Part shown: positions 48,201 to 60,200 of the stretch, piece after piece | Layout of the letters: every line of letters starts with the position of its first letter | How positions within the stretch are numbered: position 1 is the stretch's first letter | Assembly (NCBI GenBank): GCA_051362555.1 | Contig: CM120642.1 | Span: 25,730,001-25,794,000, forward strand | Direction of reading: 5' to 3' | DNA: 64,000 bases | DNA from: Lingula anatina | Lineage: Eukaryota > Animalia > Brachiopoda | Notes under the pieces: model-generated | Database searches by the model: none | Seen by the model: the letters and a program-made list of their open reading frames with translations, nothing else | What the model was told of the DNA's origin: nothing | Made by a program: the position numbers and the translations under genes

Positions 48201-51200
48201 TTTCCGTGGAACTGACGATGAGCAGGACAGGAGTGAAAAGTGCTGAAACCCCTTAATGAGAAATGGAAAGCATTGGCATAAAATGTTGTGTACCTTGATC
48301 TACATAAATGTGGAATTTCCCAAAAATGTAGTCATATGTGTGCGTACATATGCGTCACATTTTTATTTTTGCTTCAGAATACACACATGGCATAGCACTA
48401 AAAACCTAACCTACACAGAGTGGTTAAGGGCAATCACTTGTAGATAACAGAATAACAAAAACAATCTCAACCAGGATGCCTTAATTAAGATAATACCATC
48501 AGGTTAATAGACCACATATCATCAGTTACCAGTATATCACCAATAAGTTAATGAATGTGTATATATATATATATGTGATACTGACGTCTTAGCAAGTAAA
48601 TCAGTATATTTTTGCACTTAATTCTGTGCTAAACAGAGGACTAATATTCCTCTTGGCATCATCATGTGCTTATATAAATATTCAACAACCGAGCTGGCAA
48701 AATGTGGACACCATCTAACCAAGTATTTTGGCAATGAATACAGCTTTTTTAATCACAAATTGTGGGTGAACTCGTGACCTGAGAAATATTGTTAACCACT
48801 TTTAATGAAAAGCTAGACCGAAGCTCATCGCTGATTTCCATATGTACTGGAATTTAGACTTTGAAAAAAAAAAAGACTCGAAAAATAAACAGACAAACAT
48901 TCAGAAAGGCATTCAAATTCTAGGTTATATTAAATTACCCATTAAATTGAGATGCAAGATCCCATTAAGATGATCAACTTAAACACTGGCAATGAAGTTA
49001 ATTTAGGGAAACGGGTTCAGTGACCCAAAGCAGATCTCATGTCAATCTGCTATGAAAAAAACTGCCAAACAAGGTTACTTTCAATAGCCTTTAGTCAATT
49101 TCTGTTAAGGTGAACCATATGTAGACAGCAACACACTTCTTTATATCCTAAGGGTATTGTTTAAGTGTGTGGTGCATTTCCTTCTACGAATTACCAAATG
49201 CCTTGGGGAATTTTTTTTCCATTCCTTAAGTGTTCACAATTTTTAGATATTCAGTAGATTGTTTTATTCATTATCCTGTGAAATTTTGACAAGAGTAGCT
49301 GTACATATTCCAAAAGGCATTATTATAGCCATAACTGATTTAAGAAGATGCTTTTTTCTCTCCTATTTTCAGGTTCTAGAAGAATCATGCCTTAATCAAT
49401 AAGCCACATCATTTCTGCTTTGGAGGTGAGACTGCAGCAGAAGTAGAGAAAGCAGAAATGGCATCGGCATTGCTGTTGGCTATCACCATAGCAACCATTG
49501 TTTCCTCGACAACCAAAGTGGAATCATGTCCCAAAGTGTGCAAGTGTACTGAAGAAACAGCCATGTGTGCTAGTGCAGGTCTTCAGAGAATTCCAGAAAA
49601 CCTTCCCCAATCCATCCGCACTCTGAACCTATCCCACAATGCTTTGACCAATATGGATAATCTGTCTCTATACCACAGCCTTGTTGAAGTGTATCTGGAC
49701 CACAATGAAATCACTGCTTTACCACATGAATTTTCTCCTACCTTGTTTCACTTGGAAATACTCAGCCTTCACTGGAATCACATACGAGAACTTTCTCCTT
49801 CCTTGGTACTGTTACCGAATTTACACCAATTACACCTCAGCCACAACAACATCGGAGTAATAGACAGAGACACGACATCAAAGATGAAGGAGCTTAGAAT
49901 ATTAGATCTTAGCCACAACCAAATTGAAGCTGTACCAAGTGAAATGCTTAAAAATTCACCACACCTTAAACAGTTGGACTTGGGATACAACTCCATCCGT
50001 AATATAAGTTCAAGGGCATTTGATTCCTTAGATTCGCTGACTGATCTGTCTCTACAGCATAATGAGATAAGACATCTCAGCGCCTCTGTCTTTCATTCCC
50101 TGCATGGACTTAACACGCTTGACCTGTCCATTAACAATCTCCAATCCTTGGACTCCGAGATATTTGCCGCAAATTCACAACTGAGATCGCTCTCTCTCCA
50201 AAACAACCACATTTCACATATCAACCCTTCTGCGTTGTCGGAACTTCAGGATTTGTCAGACCTCGATCTCAGTGGAAATGACGTACCCTACTTCACAGGG
50301 GATGTATTCAGGAAAAATTCAAATCTGACCCATCTGAACCTGAGCTACAGTTCTGTGTTGGATGATCTTCACTGGGATGCTTTCCAAGGATTACTCTCTG
50401 TGAAATCTATTGATCTCAGCCATAGCCCTAACCTTCAGTTCGTTCATCGTGACCTCTTTCTTCCTTGTCTGTCTCTTCAAGTCATAAATATTAGTTACAG
50501 TGGGTTCCAAAATCTGTACTATGAGGCTGTAGGGAGAGTGTCCCAACTACAGCAACTGCATGTGCAGGGGAATCCACTGGAATGTAGCTGTGCAATAAGA
50601 TGGATGAAAAACAGTAGCCTGGTCCAAAATTTGCCAAATTTAACATGTCATGACATCAGCATCAACATGACTTTATCCTTGGACACTGTCCAAACTCAGG
50701 ACTTAAACTGCACTGGTGCTCAAATTACCAATCATACGAAGTCGCGCGTTTTCTTCAAACTCGGTGCCCCAGGACGATTGGTGTGCGAAGCGTCTGGTTT
50801 TCCCAGTGCGGCAATTGTGTGGACGACTCCGTCAGGACGCACCTTCATACACAATGACCCCTGGGTCAGTAACGTAACCCACCACCACGTTGCCAACGAG
50901 TCATTCCATGAGGATCACCACTGGCATGACAATACTAAGGAGTACTTTCACGATATACCTCTAGAACACACACACTTACTCCAAGATGGTAGTCTGTATA
51001 TAGATTACGTCACCAGGGCCCACGCTGGAAAATATACATGCACCGCACGCAATATTGCTGGCAACGATACAACTGTGATAGTACTACGATTAAATTATAC
51101 TAAACTCTACGAAATCCAGAAAATGGGGTTGCTTGTAGGTGCTTCTTGTGCGATAGGTTTTCTGATTCTTTCTCTGTCCCTTAGAGGAATCCAGCTTGCA

Positions 51201-54200
51201 GCAAAGAGGTGCTGTGCCCGATATTGTCGAAAAACTCCACCTGAGGAACGTAAAGGTATTCGGCAGATTCTTGATAATCTTGATGCATACCGGACAGAGA
51301 AAATGGACCGTCTACGGGAAGGTTATAACAACCAGATGGGTAAGATTCGTGATATTAAAGACCAGTGTTCCCATCAAGTGGAAAAAATGCGTGACAACTA
51401 CCACAGCCAGATTGCGCGAATCAAAGAGAACTGTTCTCAACAAATGGAGAGACTTCGAGAAAACTACCATGCCCAACTTGGCCGCCTAAAAGGATATAAA
51501 AGCAGCAAACTTATAAAAATACGGGAAAATTATGGTGCACAGAAAGCAAAGATTCGAGAATATGGAGTCCAGCAGCTAAAGAAACTCCACGAAAACTACA
51601 AGCTCCAGCAACAGCACTTAATCAAAATCTTGGAAACAATGAACTTGGACCATTGTAAAGGAGTCATCGAAGCAGAATGCGTGAGAACGGAATCCATGCT
51701 GTTCAACGCAGACCAATTATTGGACCCTAGTAACATCGATACCCCGGATGACCTTAGTGAGCCCCCCTCAGAATACATGACTGCTGTCTCTGCATCCTTC
51801 TCAGACAGAGACATATCAGATCTTCAGGAGTATGACACAGAGGACAAGAATAGCACCAGTGATAACAGTGAGAGTGATAGTCAAGAGGACCATCAACAAC
51901 AAATTCAGGAAGATGACATAGTCATTGAAGTGGACAGCAGTGTTACGCCAGACAACCATGACCACATAATGATGATCGATATGGACAGTGAAGAAGGCAC
52001 AGACAATTCACAGAAGGAGTCGCCAGTATGATGGATATTTACAATACAATCAGTATTTGTTTTTTTTTTCATTGTTTAATCAATTCAGATCTAGTCAAAC
52101 TAGACGAAAACTTAAAATGTCATTAAATTCTTCAAGCATATCAAGTAAGTAAAAGATATTGAAAATGGATGTTCTTCTTTACAGTCATGATATTGATGCC
52201 ATTTCAGTCATAGTGGTTCATATTATTATCATTAATGCCTCTGATTACTGCAATCAGCTTCACAAATGATCTTATACAAAGTATTAAGAATCCTGCAGCT
52301 CATAGGTTGCTAGGAAACAGAGAAGTTGATACTGGTTAATTAGCCAAGGTTTGTAATATCTTGATCATTTGGTTAAAAATATAGTTCAAGGAAAATTTAT
52401 TTATTCAAACACTAGCTGAAACCATGACTACGTGAAATTTGGAAAAATAAAGCATTTGTAGACTGTATAATGCTTTATTGGGAGCCTAATCTATAATAAA
52501 TGTGCACCCGCCTCCTTTTGAGTTGTATCAACAAACAGAAAATGAAAATTCATATTTGCACACTTTCTTTTATCATGCCTCTTGTGGGGCTTTTGAACAA
52601 AAAGGAGTGAAAATATTGCCAGCAAAGACATGTCAGGATTTCTTTTGTTTAAGTAATGGGGAAACATAAATAGAAAACCGAATCTTCTGAAACGTAAGCA
52701 TTGGTTGTTCTTGTTTATTTTTTAGTAGCTATTGGTTGATGATATACTATCTTGTATTGGAGCAACATCTTGTTGTCACATCCCAGTGTAAAATCTTCAA
52801 ATATTTTTCCAACTCTGAATAGGATTATAATATATTTCAGGAACTGTCCGTGGCAGTAGGTTAGTACTTGACTTAAAATCATTTCTAGTATAATAACCAT
52901 GCAGGAGCCAGAGTTGTACTATCACATTATAACCACTGTCTTTGTGCATATAATGGGCATTATACAGTAAGCTGGGTCAAAAGACACCTTCACAGCATGG
53001 AAATTAAGATTTGCTTTGATGCATTTATATGAAGGAAAATAGACAACATGGATCACTAACTCACTACATTCTTAAATTATTATCTACATCTTATTTATTA
53101 ACTATCACACCTTGCCTATGTTACAAATGAATATATATACCTATTTATACACACTCATGTGCAATTAATTTATGATCAAGGTGAATGTAATTTTTCTTCA
53201 TATCATGGTGCTGTTACTAACATGGTATAAACTATTCCTATATTAGATATCAACTGTTGCTGACATCGCTACTTCTTTATTGACAACGATGTGTTACTTA
53301 TTGTTTAGCACTATAATATTGTATTGTTATTTCTCATGTGCTGCCCATTTCACATTATGCATGTTATAATAAAATCAGTGAAGTTGTAAAGTGTTGAATT
53401 TGACTGTATTGTACATTCTCTCCTTACACTGTATCCCAATGTTTTTAAAGTCCTAAACAGTGAAAGAGTAAAAATCAATTTCTAAATGCAGAGCTTGGTC
53501 AATATGTAAAAAAATACAACAGGGAAAGAGAGCCCAAACAAAAAATGGACAAATTTCATCAGAAAGTCTGTGGAAAGAGCAACTACCATTAACTCATCAG
53601 CAAGTGCTTCAATAACATAATGGCTGATAAGATAACCAATTTATCAAAAATGAAAAAAAAAAAAAAATGCTAACAAAGATATAAATTGTCCATGAATCAC
53701 CATGTCTAGGTTAATCAGTAATCAAAAAATGGACTTTGATAATTTTATAAAGATATTCCTTTCACCATTCAATCTACACTTACTCTAGGATATTGCTTAC
53801 ATACACAGTTTTCAGCACCAAATGCAAAAATAATTCAATTTGCATACTAAAATACCTCAACATACTTTTTGCCCAATTCACTGGTGGTAGAGTTAGTTGT
53901 CCAATACAAAAACAATGCCATGGCCCTAGCAACGAGTAATTCCATCACATTTTCCATTAACCATCAAAAACATGTACAGAATTACATTAACAAAGTCCTA
54001 AAGTTTCTAAATTAAGGTTGTATCATGAATACAAGACCTAGTTAGGACAAATCACAGTGTAGTTATAAAATTTGACAACAACAACAACAACAACAGGAGA
54101 GGCATACAAATGTGTGTGAGCAAATCTCATGTACTTTGATCTGTGTAAGCAAATCTTGCGTACTTTGATCTAATACAACATACTGCACCTAATGTCCCCA

Positions 54201-57200
54201 CATCAATGTCTACTGGGCTGTGTTATCTATGTAATTTATCATCACATTGTATTTACTGTATGTTGTTTACTTCAAATAAAATTCCATGGCACTTTATAAT
54301 GTCAACAGCATGAGGGCCACACTTTGACATACCCTCCTCCCTCTTGTGCCATATTAAATTCAACAGAACAATAATTTTTTCCTTCTGTGCAGACTATAGA
54401 GAGACAATAGGGTGAATGAAAAAGAAATGCTTCCTAAAACATGCAGAGGAGGAAAAAAAACTATAAAATGTCCCCTTATAAAAGGCTATAAAAATAATTA
54501 ATCAAATCTCAAATGAAATGAATACGTCAAATTACGTAAAGAAGCCTAACATTGTTATCTGAGCTGGATAAACATAGCCTGGCAAGTCAGTTACAACTTG
54601 AAAAGCTCAAATTTAATTGTAAACAAATAAAAGATCTTGAGGCATTTCTTTGCTTTTGGTGTTTTACCAAAGTTGACTACCAAATGATAATCAACTTAAA
54701 TTTTTTTAAAAAAAAATCACTTAAATTTTTTGAAAGTATTTTTGCCTTGCATTTGGCTCCAAAAACTATTCACCATGAGCCACTGAGGATGTAATGTAAT
54801 AAAGTAAAGCATGCTTGGGTAATGTCTGTTGAGTAATACACAAACATTTAGTTTTAAAAATAACATTCTGAGTCAAGTAGCCATAGCAACTGCTGTACCT
54901 TCAGCCAAAATCAGCAATCTGATGTTGCAAATAAGGGGTTGTTTCAGAGCAAGTTATCTTGAGATCTAAGCATGTTACATGCCCCTCAAGCTGACTGACT
55001 TATGTGTTCAGCATATATTTATCTCAAAAAAACCAAAATTTGCATTCTGTTTTTCTTTTCTCAACATACCCTATTGACTTAGACTTATCTATTTCCAAAG
55101 TTAAGGCAAGTAAATGCCAAAACAGTTTGAAACCTAGATGTGATGAAGATCTGTTTGTTGGTCCAACTTTCTCTGCAGACAAGGTGATACTGGGATAATG
55201 CATTAAATGTAGAAGCTATTTGGGAAGTTGCATAATCAAAGTTTTAAAAGAAAAAGAAAACCCAGCTGCATTGCACATTACTTCAAATCAAAATGTTCCC
55301 CAAGGTAGAAATTAAATAACTTGAAGAGAGGGTTTAAGATGCCCTCTTCCAGGACCACAGATTGATTTTTCACAAGAAATTCACAGATGTGTCTCTGGGA
55401 CGTTCTTTACACTTTTCTCTAATGTAAGCAAGCTGGCCTGGAGTATAGAGTAGGTGTAAAGATTTGCCACCATTTTTTTCCATACACCTCTTTCCCTTAA
55501 AATAAAGATCCCATTCCTTTCTGGTCAATATATTGATTTGGTTCAAGGTGAGCGGAATAAGAAAACAACTCGAAGGTCATGTGAAAAACAGAATTTTGTC
55601 CACCTTTACAAACATAAGGCAATCTTTTGTAAATTTAATGGAGTGGAGCTGTAAGTTAGATAAGATAAGGGTTTATTTAGCCATTTATATACAAATTAAA
55701 AATTCACATACAATGGAAATTGGATTGCCATTTGGGTAAAATATATCTAAGTTTCAAGGTTACAGTATTGTTGCTAAAATTCCATTTTCCGTTGTTAAAA
55801 TGAAACAAAGCAAATGTGAACAGTTTGCTACAAATCTGTAACTGGTCAATAAGCAAGAAAAAGAGAAATCTGTAGAAAAACAAGTACAGACTGTCAGAGA
55901 GTAACTAGTCAAATGACAGTCACAGACTGACACAGGAAATAAATTAATAACTAAAACTTTTGCAGTATGATATACTTCAACCACTGCCTCTTAACTGAAT
56001 TCCTAGAAATGCCATTAAATTTCTGAGATGCCAATGTTCCATTTAATGAAAGGATGTTTACATATCCATTGAAAACAAAAAATGATAACAGCAGGCAATC
56101 ACTTTTAATGCCAGGCCACATGTACTTTTTCCACTGGCTTTTTAACTGCTATTCTATATCCAGTTTGCCCTGGCATATTTAAGTTATTGACTTAGGCCAA
56201 GGTTATATCAATTAGTTTCCATACAATATTAAAGCATGTTCTTTTTTATGCAAAATGTGCATAATTGCCACCAGCATGGTCCTGAAATACAGCATAACCT
56301 ATGTACATATCCAGGACGAGTTACTTACATGGAAATGATCTTGCTAACTTTCAGTTTTTCTATTAGCCCTACTGTGTTCCATAAGCATGTCTGTCAGACA
56401 ATGCAATAACAAACCCTCTCCCAACAATTAAAATACATGTTTGTTGCTTATCAAATTTACTTGTTGCATTTATGTGATACTGTGTTCATTTCTGTGCATA
56501 GTACATACTCTGCACTTGGTAATTGTTTTTATTTACTCAGATTACAAAGGCATTATAATATGGGTGCCAAATACCACTCTGGTTGTTATACTATGCCTCT
56601 GTATGATTAATATGTTACACACTATGCAAGTTTTACACATCATGGACATCTGCTATGTATACACATATATACATTACAGATAAGTTACATGAAGAATCAG
56701 TTACACAGCAGAACAACAAATGCCTAATATTTGATGTTTACAAGCAAACATCCATAAAGGTCAATATGGGACTCCTGGTGGGCAGATTTACAATACAAAG
56801 CAGCAGTTCAGGTCACTGACAAGACGATGCTATTTAAATGAGACACAAACAAACAGTATATACACACAAACATCATAATGTAACTAGTAGGTGTCAAATA
56901 TCACATTTTAACCAGAAACAAAAAAAAAAAAAAAAAAAAAAAAAAAACTGCACAATGTATAACCAATTGTACAAAAAGTTTCAATTTGTGTGAGGAAAAT
57001 AGCTTTCAAACATAACCTTGATACAGACACTTTTTAAAGTAAAAACAACATAAAAAGATAACAGGGGATGGAAGTCACATCACTTTGTATGCTATTGCAG
57101 AAAATTGTATGTATACAGAGAATTTTTCCCAATCCACTTTACTGACCTTTTCTATCGTTCTGTTCCATACTGTGACCTCATGACCTGATTTCAGAAGATT

Positions 57201-60200
57201 TCGCACCATCCCGCTACCCATAATGCCCAGACCCAGGAATCCGATCTTACATGGAGTTGGAATGATATTTTTCTGTGGCTTTCTGGTTGTCAGTTCTGAG
57301 GGGATGCGGACTGAAGGCATCTGAAAGAAAGTGATGAAATCACATCAGCTGACACTGAGAAAAACACCAAAAACAAAGCCCCCCCCCCCATCCTCCTCCA
57401 GTCACAACAACAGACATAGGGGGCACCACCTGATCATGAAAAATGTGATAATTCCAAAATCTGTGTACACCAAGCCATCCATTGCCACATTATCATATAT
57501 CTTATGCATCACCAGCATGAATGATAGTAACATTTAAATAAATAGTTTTAGTATAATCTGAGATATTGTGGTGCAAATCTGTGTTTAAAAACTTGAGACT
57601 GTTATAAACGGCTTTATGACAACCACAAATATTTGTCAGTCTTAGTTAAGCAGGAAATGGCATTTCCAACAAAAAAGATATGAGAATGAAGGACATTTGA
57701 AATAAAATATGAGAAAAACAACATGAAATACTACTTATGACATAAGGATGTCAAAACAAAATCATTCGGATCTGACGGCCTTTTGTTAGAAAATTTTGAC
57801 CGATGTTGGAACATGAAACCTCAGAAACTGTGACAAACTTGATCGTAGTGGACATATGGAAAAAATGCCTAAAAATCGTGAAACAAATTTGCATTTCCAG
57901 TCAAGAAAAGATGACAAATCCTAGTACAGACTGTATGATAATGTTTCTATCCAAAGTTAGTCAATCTAATCGACTTCTTTGGTTAGAAAGATAACCACAC
58001 AATCTAATCCCTTTCATTTGTTGGTCAGGAAAGGTCATGTATTAATGTACCTTGTTTAATTTTGTATGTTATTGGTACATTGTAAAAAATTCATTTAAAG
58101 TGATAATAACTCTTCGTATGAGATCTATATTTCACAATAAAAACATTGTAAATAACTCATAGAAATATAATATATTCTGTTTTACAACAAAAACAGCAGT
58201 TATAGCTATTATTCTGATATTTGAGCTTGTCTTTAGACCACGTGACCTCCATTGATGGCTATACTCTGTTATAATCTCTTAAGAGATTTTAACAAAAAAC
58301 CAAACTTTTTAGAAAAAAAAACAGGGACTAACTTTGAATGTAAAAATGGATTCATTAACCATTGGTAAGTATGGGAAAATTGTTGTTTAAAATCAGGAAA
58401 ATTCATTTTTTGGCCAAAACGAAGAGTTATTATCACTTTAATAATGATAATACATCATCATCTAATCCCTTCTTGTCCTGCTCACTGTAATGCACATGAA
58501 GACGCATTTGCTGTGGCACTGAACATAAACAGCCCTCACACTGACCGCTGAGACAGTATGTACTAAATTAAGCCGTCATAACTTCACCAGAAACTTGGCT
58601 TATATCACATAGAACATGTAGTGTACCCTTGGTTTCTTGGGACTCTTCCTGGGAGTTCCTAATTTGATCTTCTTTGGACTGGGTCCTGACTGTGAGGCTG
58701 TGGCATGTTTTATGGCCTTCTTCACCAGCTCATTCTTCTGTGGAAATCAAATAACCATCTTTTAATGGAGCAATCAAAGAGTTTTTCTATTTTTTATCGA
58801 GGCAAGTTGACAGAATTCTGAAGAATGCCAAAGAATTGTGGGGAAAACTTAATGGAATGAATTCTTTTTTCGTGGCTTATATTGACTTTTTAATGAAGAG
58901 TCCATTTCAAAAGACAAAGGAGCTATTTTTACTAAGTGTGTTAGCTGTCAAATCTATTGGAAATGACAGAACTATCAATAACAGGAAAAAAAAAGGACCG
59001 AACATTTCCTTTTTATATCACTCTTTCAGAATTTAGTTACTCTGCTGCCAAAGAGTATTAATCAACATATCAAAACCTGAACATGTGACAATAGGTGAAA
59101 TAAGACACCATCGTGTATAACTTTCCTCTTTTATATAAGAAATTCAAAAAGATGCACCTTACTGCATTCAAAGATGTAAACAAATGAACTAAGTTGTAAT
59201 ATTTGAAGTAAGGAAAGTTGTAAGAAATCACATCAAAAACTAAACCATTATTTTATAGTTTTCCCTTTCACCAAAATAAAATTTTTTACATAAGACCATC
59301 TATGCACGACGATATAAGACTACAGCTTTCAACAAATGATGACATGCACTGGAGTCAATAATTTAGAAATGACCAAGGTGATATTGATACATATCTATGT
59401 CACTACAAAGATAAAAACTACCAGATATTACCACATAATATGCTTTTACCTAAATTGTTCCATAAATAAATCAAACAATAATGTGACAATTCATCTCTCA
59501 CATTTTTCCATAGCATATTATTTTGATTTCCAAAGACACTTTTGACATTAATGTCTTGGTAAAAAATAATCAGAATAAACTTCATATTATTGATTATTTT
59601 CTTTTCTAATATTGGACAGTAAACTCTTCATGGGACAGAAGGTCATTTTGAACTTGCAAATAAAACAATATGCTCTTTTATTTTTAGGGCATTTTATGGG
59701 CTAAAAATTTTATTTCCTTAAATAACCTGCCAGTTGACAATATTTCCATTACTTCACTAATTCATGTGGGGTAGAAGGTAGCAATGACCTCAGTTTTACT
59801 CGTCTTACTTTGAATCTTACTTCATATCAACCTACATATTCAGAAGGTAATTTTGGAGAACTATAACCAGATATAGAGAAAAAAGTGGGGTTTAGCATGG
59901 TGAGGTCAATTTAGTGAAAATCACATGCTGACATCTGTATTTTGCAGGTTATATACAAAACATTTAAGTTTTGTTCCTGATCTCAATATTTTCATAGAAA
60001 CCCATGCTCACAACAATAACTTAAGAATGTTTGCTTTGTGAACTAAAATCAATAAATGTGCATTAAGAGGACAATGTAGGTAACTTGATTTGAGCGTTTT
60101 TAAAATTATTATTTCCATTAATATAGCTATATACATATATAGTCATTATAATAATGAAGAAACTTGTGACTTTACTTTTGATGTTATTTTTCACAAAAGT

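Noticed and set aside
33000-49300. Numerous 60-106 aa ORFs in the large intron
   Set aside because: AT-rich random-like composition, no motifs or consistent splice structure.
57075-57320. Stand-alone dehydrogenase ORF or HIBADH/6PGD call
   Set aside because: It is one exon of GLYR1; the catalytic Lys is absent and the sequence tracks NPAC.
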